Positions 13,791-27,922 of a stretch of DNA of 64,000 bases are shown here, in pieces; position 1 is the stretch's first letter; each line of letters starts with the position of its first letter. The notes beneath the pieces are model-generated. The model saw nothing but the letters and a program-made list of their open reading frames with translations. It was not told the origin of the DNA and searched no databases. The translations under genes and the position numbers were made by a program. The DNA is from Vicugna vicugna (taxonomy: Eukaryota). The stretch lies in NCBI GenBank assembly GCA_013265495.1, contig MU062317.1, forward strand, positions 1,486,229-1,550,228, written 5' to 3'.

Positions 13791-16700
13791 AGCAACTGCG
13801 GCAGCCTCAGCCCCGCGGCCCCGCCTCTCTGGGCCACCGCGCCTCCTCCCGTGGCCCTGCACTCCCTGCTCTGGAGCTCATATGAGGGCTGGCCCAGCGT
13901 CACCGCCTCCTGGGTCTGGGAGCACATGCCCCTAACACGCTGTCACGTGGGTAGCAAAGATGCCTCAGGCACGAGGGACCTCTGCCCTCTGATTTCCACC
14001 CTCAGAGCATTTGCCCCAGAGCAAGGCCGCAGGGCGCCCTCAGCCCTCCTCCTCCTCACTCCCCATTGCTCCGGGATCTGCAGAGCTGCCCTGGGCCGCA
14101 GACCTACCAGTAGTCAGCTTTTATTTCTCAAGGTGATTTTATTTCTGAAAAGACAGAGCTCACCCTCGAGCACGTGGAACCGGGGCAGCCGGAGTCCCGG
14201 AGGACACGCACTTTGCGTCTGCAAAACCCCCTCTGCTCCCTGGGCCCCGGGCTCCTCGATGCACAGGCCTTAGTGAAACTTGGAGAGCTAGTTCTAGAAA
14301 AACCTTATTCCTGAAAAAAAAAGTGGTAAAGCTTCTTCTGTTAAAAAATAGCAACGGTATGTCCCAAAGCCAGAGTGGCTCCCCTCTCTCACCGTGGGGC
14401 CAGGAGGTCAGGCTTGGGGGCCGGTCGCTGCAGCCGGTTTACAGGCGGTCAGAGGGCGCCTCCCACCTTTGCCCCCCCGACGCCTCCTGGTGGGTGTGGG
14501 GGCCCCAGTGTTCCTGGCTTGCGTTTTCTGGAGCCCTTGTGCTACCCCCACCTCTGTGGGCCACGGGGACACACATGCCCAGTGGCGGGGAGCCCACTCC
14601 GTGGAGCCTGGGGACTGACCAAGGGCCATGGAGGTGAGCACACGGACGGGTGCAGGCGTGCTGGTCAGTGAGACCCAGCCCGGTGTGCACACGGAACGGC
14701 CCCGCCTGCGTGACTGCTCTGCGGTCCCTCCAGCAGCTGCACTCCCGCTGTCCCTGGGGCGCCTCCTTGCGCCTTGGCTGCCCTTCTCGTGTTGGCTTTC
14801 CCGGAGGGAGGCCTGCTGGTCCGTGCACCTGCTCGCCACACAGAGCAGGTGGCCGGCCTTCTGTGCGTCATCACCTGCCGGCGGCTCCCGGCCTCCCCTC
14901 TCCTCACCTGTGCATCTGCAGAAACACCGGGCCTCGTGCCCCTGGGCCACTGTCCCCGACAAGGAGGTCACAGTCCAGGAGTGTGGGGCCCTGACCCCAG
15001 CGGCTCAGTGAACCCAGAAGGACCATTCAAGCATCCCGGGAGGAGGGGTCTGGGCACCAAGCCGTCGCAGAACCAGGGCGGGCCCCACGTTCCCTGTGGG
15101 GCGCAGCGTCCGTGGACGTCAGAACTTAATGCATGAAGACAGTTTGCATTTGCATCAGTGGGACTTGTCACACTTTGAACTCCGAGAAGCTTATGCCCAG
15201 GATCGAGCAGGCCAAAGGGACGCCTTAGGGGCCCTGCTGCTGGCTGGGACTGAGGGGCGTTGTCTGCGGAGACCTGTGGGCGAGGGCCCCCCACGCCGGC
15301 CTGGGCACCCACGGCTGCCCCGGCCGGCCACCCGAAGACCAGAGACCCCGGCCCACGGGACACACACAGGGCCCAGGCAGGCGACAGAGCCACACCCCAA
15401 GCTGGCCTGTGAGCGTGACCTCACCCACCTGCCCCGGGCTGAGTCCTGTGACAGCGGGAGGAGTGGCTTCTCCAGGCCGCGGGGCCATTGGTGTAGGCGC
15501 TGGTGCCCAGGGCCCTGGGGGCCGGGAGAGACAGGTGTGCCGGGGAGCGAAGGCTTCTGACCGGCGGGATCAGTGTGTGCCTGGGAGGCACCATGGCCGC
15601 AGAGCCCTTGCGCTCCCTCGCCTTCCCTGGGGGGACCAGCACATCAACAGGAAGGCACCCTGCGCGTCGAGAAGGGCCAGCGCACATTTCTCACAGTTTC
15701 TTCCAACTCACTTGTAGTGGGGCACCAAGGAGCCCCCGACCCCAGCCCCCAAGTCTCTGCTCATCGAGCAAAGGACGGAGCTGTGAGGCCGCGGGGTGAC
15801 GGGTGCGCCTCACTCCCTCCCTGCAGGACTGTCTCTGGACGAGGGGCCCCGTTCCCCTCCTCTTGCTTTCTCTCTGGGAGGCCCAGGTGCCTGCGTGGCC
15901 CTGTCAGCCTCACCTCCTCCCTGCGTCGCGCCTGCCACATGCGGGTCCCCACCTGGCCTCACCTGGACAGGGAGGACGGAGAGCCCCGGGCCCCTCCTGG
16001 CCTGGCCCCCGCTGCCCCGGGGGGCTGGCCTCCTCGGGGAGACACGTTAACACGTGTTTGCTCATGCTTGGGCGCGTGTCAGCTAATGGGGAAAGGGCAG
16101 ACCTTTCAAAGGCGTGATTTATGACATTAATTAGGATTCCACACTGCTGGATTTGCTACGCTGCTCACTGGCTCCCGTGTCGTATCTGTCCCTGGAAGGC
16201 CTGTGCGGAGCCTGAGCTGTGTGGGGCGGGCTCAGACTCCAGTCGCGGGTCAGAAAGAACCCCGGTAGTGCCGTGGACTATGAGCGCAGGACGACGCGGC
16301 GCAGGGAGCCCTGACCCTGCTCACAGCCTGGGGTCTGATGGGCGTAGTTACTTGCTGCCGATTTCCTCTTCCAAGACCCGCGGACCCCACCGCTCCGCCC
16401 TCCTTCTCTCCTAAAGGCTGCGCTCTAGTTTCGCGGAAGGCCAAGGGGACGGGCAGGGCGAGCAGAGACTCGACCCCGACACGGTCAGTGGGTCTGGTGG
16501 GCACTGCGCTGCTTGGAGAGTCCGCTGTGCTGATCCAAGCCCCACGTTGTCTTGATGGAGCCAGTGAGTGTTTGCGAGCCTCCAGGAGGCTCACGTCCCT
16601 GGACCAGACCTGCTGGATATGATCGCCACCTGGGAGGGGAAGGGAGAGGCCGCTGGGAGGTGCCGGCCAAGCACCATAGAGCTTTGCCCCTGTTTGGTGA

Positions 16701-18966
16701 GAACGCTGGGAGTCACATGATGCAGAGCTCGGACAGGGAGGCCGAGGAGGGTTGTGTGTGCAGCATGGGTGCCGGCGTGGGCGCGGTGGGGCTGGCCTGC
16801 ATGGAGCTCCAGCCCGCTTTCCAGCATCTTGAATCCCTACCTTGAGTCTCCTACTTGCGTCCTCAGCCCGTGGCTCAGGTCTGGGACCTGACATCCACCT
16901 CGCAGGATGGGGTGGCTCAGCTCTGCTGCTGGGGGCAGTCATGAGGGCAGGTGGCACATTTGCCCAGGAGGCTGGGCGCGGCAGCCCCACACGAAGGTGT
17001 TGGTCTCTGGAGGAGGCCACCGTTCTTTGGGGCCACCGGCCCTCTGCCCCAGCTTCCTTTGGGGCCTGACCACGTCGCACTACACCCTCTGCTGATGCCC
17101 AGGCCCGGGGACTGGCCCCGGTGGTCCCTGTATCCCCAGCTCCCAGTGCGGACGGACATCTAAGCCACAGGGCTGGTTGGGGGGCGGGTGGGGTGGGGCC
17201 AGTGAGTTGGGTATGGCTCGTAACAGGTTTGCATTTGGTCGGCTGTGATCTGCTTGACGTTGGTGACATCCCAGTTCTGGGGACGGTGTCACGAGGGCTG
17301 TCCTCCTGCTGAGCGCAGCATCCCAGCGACTGCCCACCTGCAAGCATGCCCCACGGCCCAGCAAACAGGCAGAGTAACGGGACGGGGTGCTGGAGCCGGG
17401 AAAAGGCCAGGCACCCACGGTAAAGCACAGCTCGGGGGCGGCCCCCTGCCCTCCCAAGGCTGTCCCCACCTCGGCTTGGGGACAGCAGCCCAGCTGGGCC
17501 CAGGAACCCCGTGCTGCGGCCCCTCCCCCCGTCACCCCACCCATCGTGGTCAGTGAGCACTGCTGCACATGGGCGCACAGCACGCACGCACACCCCCACC
17601 CCACCCCGTGCACGCACGTGTATGCAGGGCAACCCGTCCTGGGAGCTGGCCCTGTGACCTCAGACGCTGCTCGGACGCCACACTAGCCCTGGCGATGGTC
17701 GGCCCGTGACCGGGCCCCCCACTGCCTGGCCTGGGACGGTAGCACCCGCTGGGCGGCTGCCCTGACACCTGGGCCTCCCCACACTTCGGCCTGGCCCACC
17801 GCCTGCAGGCGGAAGCCACGACTAGGGGTGATGATCAACCATCCGCCACGTCAGCTGCGGAGGGCACCGGGCGTCCCGGGACACAGCAGTGTGTGGCCTC
17901 TGGGGGCACGTGCTCTCTCCATGCCCTCCGGGGCTGGGGGCTGGAGGGCCAGCCCTGCCTCTGCCCACCTGACAACCCCCTGCCCGGCCCCTCCTGAAGC
18001 CTCATGCTGTTGTCTTGCTGCCGCTGCCAGGCACCCCGCCACGATGGCACAGCTCTCTGGTGGCCAGGCTGGAGGGTGGGCTGTGGCCAGGCCTCTCCCC
18101 CGGCCGCTACTAGCATGGTCACAGTGACAGCCGTGGAAGGCTCCCTTCCGCAGGTTTGGGGACAGCCCAGCTCCTTACGTCTGCAGCCTTCAGGGGCTGT
18201 TCCCATGGGCCCATCTGCCAGGCGCCTCGGCCGCCCGGGCCGCCCCAGGCCCCCGCCTGCGCCACACTGAGTCGGGTGCCCTCTCTTCCCCGCGTCCAGC
18301 AGGCAGTGCCCCCTCCACAGGGCACAGATGCAGCCCGGCCCCAGCGGCCCGCCCACGGGGCCCACTCGGAGGGCAGGCGGGGAGGGGGCCCAGCGAGCTT
18401 CTGCAGAAGCATGAATAGAACTTGAACGCGCCTTTGGCTAACTCTTCTCCTAATAGCAGTAATTCACAGTCGGGTAACATGCCATTAAGATCTCGAAATT
18501 CTCCACAGAAACAATCTTCCTGCTTTCACCTCGTTCTTGCCTTCTGTGTGTGTGCACTGTTTACAAAGCCTGCTTATTATGGGGTGGCAGAGTTGGGGTG
18601 TGCAGCGAGCCGGCATCTCCCCCGGGGGCACAGCTATGTGGGTTCAGACTGTGTTTTTAATTGGCCTTTTCATTATCAAGGGTGATGTCGGAGCACTGAG
18701 GGCCCCTCAGCCCCGCAAGCTGCCCCCCGCCGATTTGGGCCTCCCTGCGATGCTCTGCACAAATGCAGAATCTCTGTACCGAAAGGGTTTTATGCTGAAA
18801 AGTGTGCCCTTTGGAGCAGTATTTTGTTTGCATTTTGTATTCATGCCATTGTCCCCAAACTTCCTGACTTCTCAAAATTCCAAGGGGAGGGCATTTTGCA
18901 AAGCACATGGGGTCGCCCTCGGGAAAGCGTGGTTTCCCAGCAGCCTTTGGTCCCCAGGGCCCTTAG

Positions 18967-19320
<354 letters not shown>

Positions 19321-20170
19321 TAAAATCCTCTTTGGGAAACGGCGTGCTCTGATAGGGTGTCACAGGGCTCGCAACGTGCAGAGGCCCGAGTCAGACCTCG
19401 GACCCGAGGGGTCCTGCCTCATGCCGGCCTCCCAGCCTCGGGTCTCGCTCTCCCGGGCTCTGGGCGTCTGGCCTCCCCCACAGCCTCCATCCAGTCCCTG
19501 TCCTGAGCACTCTGCGCCTTGGCATGACCAAAGGCGGCCTCTGGCCTGGGGGGTCCTCTGCTGGGGGGCAACCTCCCCTCCCTCTGTTGCCCCCTGGGCA
19601 CGAGGGGGCCTTCTCTTAGACTCCAGGAGGAGGGTGCTGCCCCAGGGGTCAGTCTGGCCGCGGACATGGGTCGCTGGTCAGAGCCTTGGTGCCAGGTCCA
19701 CAGGTGCAGCTGCTGGATCAGGGCTGACGGACCAGGCTCCTGGGGGCCCGGGTCTGAGCACCACCCCCGTGCCTCGGGACCCCTTTGCTGGGAGAGGCAG
19801 CAGGTCCACAGTAGCAACCACCTCCACCTGCTGGGCCAGGCAGGCCTCCTCCCTGGGGAGAGGTGGAGCTATGCCGAGGATGCCCCCACAGTTCCTCGTG
19901 GAGCAGGGGTGGCCCTGACCCGGGGGGCCCCCCACATACCCCAGGCTGGCTCCTGGGTGAACAGCCACAGCTCCTCACCCAGGACACATCAGGTCAGGGA
20001 CTCGGACACGGTAGGCAGGGCCTGAGTCTGAGCAGCGGGCGGGAGGACGAGCTGGCTCATCTTCCCACCATGACCCATCAACGCTTTAAATAATCGTAGC
20101 TGACCCTAGGGCCAGGTCAAGCCCACCCCGAAAGCCGTGTTATCTGTGTTGGAGCCCGCGGAACACCTGA

Positions 20171-20434
<264 letters not shown>

Positions 20435-20909
20435 TAAGCAGTGAAAGTGCAAACAAGATGCACAGGTGGCCTCGCAGCCCGGCTGCGCCGAAGTAACCCT
20501 GTGGGGCGTCCTTGTCGCCAGAGTCTCAGCTGAAGGGCAGCAGGCGTGCAAGCCCTGGGCTGACAGGAGCGTGTGGGCTGTGTGGGCACATGCGTGTGTG
20601 TGTGCAGGTCACGCAAAAAAAAAGAGTCCAGAAGGAGGCGGCGCCTGGACGTAACCGGGCAAGGGGGGGGCTTCTCGCTGTCTTCCGGGGGGTGATCGAG
20701 GAGGGACAGATTCCCACGTGTCGGGGCTGCTCCTGATCAGCCCTGCAGCCAAGCAGAGGACCGACAGCACTTAACACCGGAGAGTGGAGAACAGAGCACC
20801 TGGGCGGGGGCAGGCGGGGCGCCCGTGGCTGAGCGCTCGTCCTTGGTTCCGAACATGGAGCAGCTCAGACTCGGGAGCCCCGAAGGAAGCATGTATCAAA
20901 CGTGTTCAG

Positions 20910-23900
20910 TCACAATTGCTCTAGTTACCAGCTTCATTGCAGTGTCGTTTATATGCCCTGGAACCCATCTGTATGAAGCGATCCAATGATGGTCAGTGAG
21001 TTTGGGGAACCAGGTGACCGTCGCCACGCCCGTCTGGTGTCAGGGCACTTCCTCCCCGCCAAAAGAGCCCTGGTTCCTGCCTCCAGCCGTGCGCCTGCCC
21101 CACGCCGGGCACCACGAGTGTGCTGCTCTGCGTGTGGATGGAGTCTCCCCCTGTGGGGTCACGCTCGGCCCCTCGCTCCCGTGTCAGTGCCCCTGTCCCC
21201 TTTCTGGACCAGCCGCCTCTCCTCCTCTCCGCCCGGCACCCCTGTCCACCCGCGTCTGTGGATGACATTCGGGTCCTTGGCACTTCTTGGCCACTGTGAA
21301 CAGTGCTGCTGTGAAGGTCCGCGGGCAGGTGTTTGTGTACATGCATTTTGGTTTCTCTTGGGTTTATACTTACGAGTGGAATTGCTGGATCATATAGTAG
21401 TTGTGTGTTTAAATTTTTCAAGAAACAGGTGAACTGTCTTCCAAAGTGGCTGCACCGTTTTACCACCCCATTAGCCACATGGGACGAGGATTTCTCCTCG
21501 TCCTCATCAAGGACTCGGCACCCTGAGGCCATCCAGTGACCTCTCCGTCTGGGTTTGACTTGCATTTCCCTGAAACTGCTGGCGTTGAGCAGCTTTCCGA
21601 GTGCTTGTTGGCCACTTGTATGTCTTCTGCTGAGAAATGTCTATTCATGCATTCCAGCCGTTTTTTAAATGGGGTTGTTTGTCTTAGTTTTTAGTTGCAC
21701 AAGCTCTTATGTATTCTGGATACAAGTCCTTCATCAGATACACCTTTGCAAATACTTTCTTTCAGTCTGTGGCTTATCTTTTCATCTCCTTAATGTTGTC
21801 TTTTGAAGTGCAAACTTGTACAATTTTGATAAAGTCCAGCTTGTCCATTTTTTCTTTCACAGGCCGTCGTCTTGGTGACGTATCTAAGGATTCTCAGCCC
21901 AAGTTCACAGAGACTTTCTCCTCTTTTCTTCTACAGCTTTTGCTCTTCGTCTAGGTCTGTGATCGTTTTGAGTTAATTTTTGAGGATAAGACAGAGGTCT
22001 AAATTCATCTTTTTCTGTGTGGATTCCAGTTGTCCCAGTGCCATGTGTCCCATTCCTACGTTTGCCCCACTGATTGCCTGGGCACCGTGGTGGAGAGGCA
22101 CTTGACCACGAGGGTGAGGGTTTCCGGCTGGACTCTCAGTTCTGTTCCATTGATCTACGTGTCTCTCTGACACCATGGCCACACCATCTTGATCATTGTA
22201 GCCTGGAATTGGCGATTTCTCCAGTTTTGGTTCTTTTGCAGAATTGTTTTGGCCATTCTGGGACCCTTGTATTTCCATGTAAATATTTTAGGGTCGGCTT
22301 GTCAATTTCTGCCACTAAATCAAGCAAGCCGGCTGGGATTTTGTCGGAGGTGCACCGACTCTAGCCAGGAGACCTGCCGCTAACGGTCCTGAGTCTTCCA
22401 ACTCAAGAAGGCGAAACACCCCCCATCTCGGTCCGCCTTTGCTTTCATCGGGGTTTGTGCTTTTCAGTGTGCAAGTCTTGCACTTCTTTTGTGAGATGTG
22501 CTAATAAATGATGAATAACTTGTTACTGGTTGTTTAATTATGGTTTGTTTATTCAGAAATTAATTCATTCTGTACTTTGTGCTATTGTGTATGGAATTAT
22601 TACCTTCGTTTCAGAAGCCGCCAGACCACAGTTGATTTTTATGTATTGGTCGTATATCCCCTGACCTGGTGAGACACGCTGTCCTGCAGTTTTTCTGAGG
22701 ACCTAAGGTTTTCTAGATACAGATCATGTCTACGAGGAAATGCAATTTTAATTCTTCCTTTGCAGCCTGGGTGTGTTTTCTTTCCACTTGTTCTGCACTG
22801 GTTTACATTCCCCCAGCAAGACTGCGGGTCCCAGCTCCACGTCCTCACCACTTGCCACCCCGCCCGTCGTCGCAGGCGTCCTGTGGGTGTGAGGCGGTGT
22901 CTCACTGTGGTCCTGCTTGCGTTTGCCTGATGAGTAAAGACGTGGAGCACGTTTTCGTGCACTGATTGGCCGTCTGTGCATCTTCTTTGGAGAAACATCT
23001 ATTCGGATCCTCTGCGCATCAAAACATCGGGGCAACTTGTCTTTTTACTGTGGGTCGTTGAGAGCTCTTTACATACTCTGGATGCAAGTCTTTTATCAGA
23101 TATCTGGCTTGCAAATATTCTTTTCCCATCTTGTGGGCTGTCTTGCACTTTCTTAATGGTGTCTTTTGAACACAGAAGTTTAACTTTTGATGGCGTCCGG
23201 TTGCTCTGCCGTCTCCTTCCGTCGCTAGTGCCTTCTGGAACCGCATCTAGGAAGACTCTCTCGCCCACAGGCATGGAGGTTTAGCCCCGCGCTTCCTCCT
23301 CAGCGTTTGCGTGTTTAGCTCTTACATTTAAGTCTGGGGTCTATTTGGCGTTGATCTTTGTACGTGGGGTGAGACGGGGGTCCGGCTGGCTTCTTTCACA
23401 CGTGGACACCCAGCAGTCCCGGTGTCATCTGCTAAAAGACTGTTTTCCTTCATGAATTACCTGGACATCCCATCTGCTAAAATTTTGTTCAGCGTTTTGC
23501 CTGTCTCTTCATCAGGGTATCGCTCTCCTTTCTTCTTACGACGTCTCTGTCTGGGTTTGGGGCTGGGGTGACGCTGCCCTCAGCTAAGCTGAGAAACTCC
23601 CTCCCCTTCAATTTTCTGAAAGCGTTTGTGTTGAATTGGTATCTCTCCTTCTTAAACGTCTGGTAGGGTTCGGTATGAAGCCCATCTGGGCCTGGAGTCT
23701 TCTTCGTGGGAAGGTGTTTGAGTGTGGTTCCACTTCCCTGGTGGGCGCGGGACCGCCCCGCTCAGCCGTCTCTTCCCGAGGGCGCTGCGCTGGCGCGTAC
23801 CAGGCTGTCGGCTTCCTTGGTGTCGCCTGTTCGCCGTGTTTCCGGGCTCCCCCTTCGATGACCTGCTGCCACCTCTCTTGTTTCTCGTGCAGATGATCGC

Positions 23901-26900
23901 TGTCTGCTTTCTTTTTTGCTGACGAGTCTGACTTGAGAGGTTATCCGTTTTACCGATAAACAACCAAAGTTTTGGTTTAATTGGCTTCTGTATTGTTGTC
24001 TCTTTTCTATTTCACTAATTCCTGTTTTAATCTTATTATTTCCTTGCTTCTGCTTAGTTTGGGTTTCATTTGCTCTCCTCTTTGTAGTTTCTTCAGGGGG
24101 AAAGCGTCTATGGCTATCTGAGACCTTCCTTTTCTAGCACCGAAGCTCATTGCTCGCAGCGTCCCCGTCGGCGCCCCTCTGGCTGTGCCCGCAGACCTCG
24201 ACGTGCTGTGCGCTCATCTTCGTTCAGCCCCAAGTGCTTTCTGATCTGCCTTCTGATCTCCTCTGGACTCGCACGTTATTTCACAGGGTGTCGTTGCATT
24301 GCCGGTGTCTGGGGGTTTTCCAGAGATCTTCCTTCCTCACTGATTCCAATTTAATTCTATGTGGTTATTAGAGCCATACTTTGAATTCCTTTAAATTTAT
24401 TGAGACTTGTTTTATGGCTCCGAATGCAGTCTATTTTGGTAACGTTCTGTGTGCATTTTGGGAAGAGCATGAAGTCCGCTTTTGTCGGGCAGAACAGTCC
24501 ACCAGTGTCAGACCTGATGGATTGTGTTGCCGTGGCTGGCAGGTTTGCTGCATCCTTGCTGGTCTTCTAGCCGCTTGTTGCATGAGTTATCGACTGTGGT
24601 GCATCGAAATCTATGATTACTCTTGTGTTTTTGTCTATTTCTGCTTTCATTGCTGCCACTTTTAGCTTTGTGTGTTTTGAAGCTCAATTACTAGGGGCGT
24701 ACACATTTAGGATTTTCATGTCATTTAATTAATTGACTCCTCATCACTGTGAAGTGACGTTCTTTATCTCTGGAAACAGCCTCTGCTCCGACAGCTGCTT
24801 TCGGTGATGGTAAGATCATGACTAGCTTTCCTTTGACGAGTATCAGCATTTTTATCCATCCTTTTACCTTTAACCTATTTGTGTCTTTATAGTGTAAGTG
24901 GGTTTTTGTGGGCTGCATGTGGTTGGGTCTTGCTTTTTTATCCCATGTAAACATCTCTCTTTTAACTCAAGTGTCTGCGCTGTTCACATTTAACATAATT
25001 ATTGATACAGCAGGTTTGAACCTGCCACTTTCCGGTTTCTTCTCTATTTTCCCAGCTGCTTTTTCCCCCTTTATGCTCCACTCCTATCTTTTTTGGATTC
25101 GCTGAGTATTTTTTAGATTCCATTTTCTCTCCTCTGCTGGTTTATCAATGGTAGCTCTTTGCTGTGTCCTCTTAGGGGCTCCTTCGAGGTTTACACCGTG
25201 CGTCGGTCACCTGGCACAGCCCGCTCTCCCGTGACACCATCCGGCTTGACACGTACGGGCTTCACAGTGTACGCTCCGCTCCAACCCCAATCCTCATGCG
25301 ATTGTTTCAGTGCATTTTACAGTCACGTAACTCAAAAGCTTGCAACGCATCGTTATTGTTTTTGTTTGTACAGTCACGTATCTTCTAAAGAGTGAGAAAA
25401 CAGGAAGGGAAGTCTCACCTGTGTTTCCCCATCACAGCTGCCACCTCGGGCCCGCTCCTTCCCGCAGGCGCAAACTTCCAGCTGCTCCCATTTCCCTTCT
25501 GCCTGAGGGGCGTGACTGTCACACGTGCTTGCTGGCGATGAATCCTTTCAGCTTTCCTACGTCTTGACTTTGCGCTGCTGTCTGATGGATGCTGTGACCA
25601 CACACGGGGTCCTGGCTCCTCTTCCCGGGCTTCCTGGCGCCGCCTGGTCTGCGCTGTTTTCTGTGGGAAACCTGCCCCACCCGCGCCTCAGGTCTCAGTG
25701 CAGACGTCCTTCGTCTCTGGCTTCTCTTCAGGTTTCTTTTTATCGCTGGTTTGAGCAATTTGACTGCGGTGCGACGAGGGGTAGCTGTCTCCATGTTTCT
25801 TGCACTTGGGTCCATTGAGCTTCTTGGGTCTCTGGGTTTATAGTTTTCATCAAACTTGGCATATTTCAGCCCTATTTCTTCTGATAATTTTCTGTCACAG
25901 CCTTTGCCCGCCGCCCCGAGACCCCGATTATCCACGTGTCAGACGGCTCCAGGTTGCCCCACTGGAGAATCCCCAGGTTCATGGATTCTCCTTCCCGCCC
26001 TCCCTTTTTTTCCCCCCCTTTTTTCTCACAGGGTTTCATTCTGGATATTTTCTGTAGCTACATTTTCAAGCTCATGAATCTTTTTTTTTTTTTGCAATAT
26101 CTAATCTGCCATTGATCACATCCATGTTTTTCGTTTCATAGTTTTCATCTGTAGAGTCAACGTTCTTTTTTGTATCTTCTATGTCTCTACTTAACTTTTG
26201 AACACATGGAATACAACTACGATAATAACTTAGAGGGGAGGAGGGTACAGCTCAGTGGTGGAGCACATGCTTAGCTTGCACCAGGTCCTGGCTTCAATCC
26301 CCAGCACCTCTATTTAAAAAAATAATAATAATAAATAAATAGACCCAATAACTTCTCTCCCTCTGAAAAAATTAAAAGAATAAATAAATAATTTTTTTTA
26401 AATTTGAAAAATATCCTTTTCTGCGAATTCTAACATCTGGGTCAGTTTGAGTTGACGGCGGCTCCCCCTTGTTACGGCTGCACTTCCCTGCGTTCTCTGC
26501 GAGCCTGGTGGTCTTGTATTGGATGCTGGACATTGTGAATGTCAACTTGTTGGGGGCCAGAGGCGTCTCTGCTCCTATCAACGTTTTGGAGCTTTGTTCT
26601 GGGTGCAGTTCAGTCACCTGGAGACAGTGTAATCCTCTCAGGTCTTGGCTTCAGGGTTTCTTTGTGCTGGAGTAGGGCTCAGCCTAAGAACAGTCACTGC
26701 CCAGTACTGAGAGCTCTTCTGAGTCTTGCGGCCTCTCCAAGAACCGGCGCTGACCCCCTCCTGTGGGGCCTCAGGCCCTGCCCCACTCCCATCCTCTCAG
26801 GTGGATTTCCACAACCCCCCGGCCTGATCTGCCCTGCGCTGATCTGTGCTCTGCTGTACCCCCGGCGTTCCCACAAAAGGCTGGGCCCCCCTCCCGTCTG

Positions 26901-27130
26901 CTCCTCTCCCGTGTGAGCCTGTCTCTTCATTCACCCAGAAGCTTTCTGGGCCTGCGCAGCTGCCCACCCACACCAGTCCTGCGCAGTCTCTCAGGGCAGT
27001 GACCTGGGTGGCTGTGGAGTCCACGTTGTGTGTTGCCCGACTTCCAGGGACCACTGTCCTGGTCTGATGTCCAGGGTCTTGAAAACATCATCTTATATCT
27101 CGTCTGCTCCTTTGGTTACTTCAGGTAGGA
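20910..27130 (-). mobile_element. Composite old L1 (L1M-type): 3'UTR, ORF2 RT and endonuclease remnants, ORF1 remnant, 5' region
   Basis: - strand remnants: LLYDPAIPLVSINPRE (ORF2 C-terminus), HVDQWNRTESP (RT region), KTHLHYKDTNRLKVKGW (endonuclease), TATPRRTAVKLLK (ORF1); T-rich + strand; heavily frameshifted. Confidence 0.88.
26235..26400 (+). mobile_element. Vic-1-type camelid tRNA-derived SINE, inserted in the L1
   Basis: GAGGGTACAGCTCAGTGGTGGAGCAC..GGTCCTGGCTTCAATCCCCAGCACCTC head with A/B boxes, followed by an (AAT/AATA)n tail. Confidence 0.85.
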
Positions 27131-27733
27131 GGGTCAGTGGGTCCCAGTTACTCTGTCTTGACCAGAAAGCGAGGCCAGTCAGCCCACTGGTGGTCTTTAT
27201 GCCCCACCCGGTTCCTCTTCTCTCCAAGTCCACATACTCCCGGGTTTGCCCTGCGCGTCTCAGCAGATCTCAGCAGCCCGGGCTGGACAGGCAGGGCCCT
27301 TACTGGCACTGGTCCATGCTCGGTGTTGGCTCTGAACCCCTGAGTCCAGACGGCCAGGCCTGTGCTCGGTGCCTTGCGGATGTGGGCCAGAGGTTGGGCC
27401 CTCCCCCGGGTCACGGTGGGAGGTGGGTGACCAGCACCACAGAGCTAGCCTCGCTGCGGGTGCTCACTGCAGCCCCCCGCGGCCTGAGTAGGGAGGCCCT
27501 GAGGCCAGCCAGCAAGGACAGTCCGTCCTGGAGAGACCTCCCAGAACTGGACTGAGTCAGAACTCCCATCAAGGGGTGGAGGTGTCCCGGGGAGTGTAGA
27601 AGGCTCAGCCCAGGGCCGGGGCCGGGAGGAGCAGAGGGACCCGGACATAAGCAGAGCGCTCAGGGCATTGCGGTCGCGGCGGGGCCAGCACCCGGCTCCT
27701 CCTGGGGCTCTGTGGCCCAGCGGGACGGGATGA

Positions 27734-27922
<189 letters not shown>

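Noticed and set aside
16250-17632. 460-aa - strand ORF
   Set aside because: P/R/G/A-rich low-complexity translation with no recognisable domain; expected by chance in stop-poor GC-rich intronic DNA.
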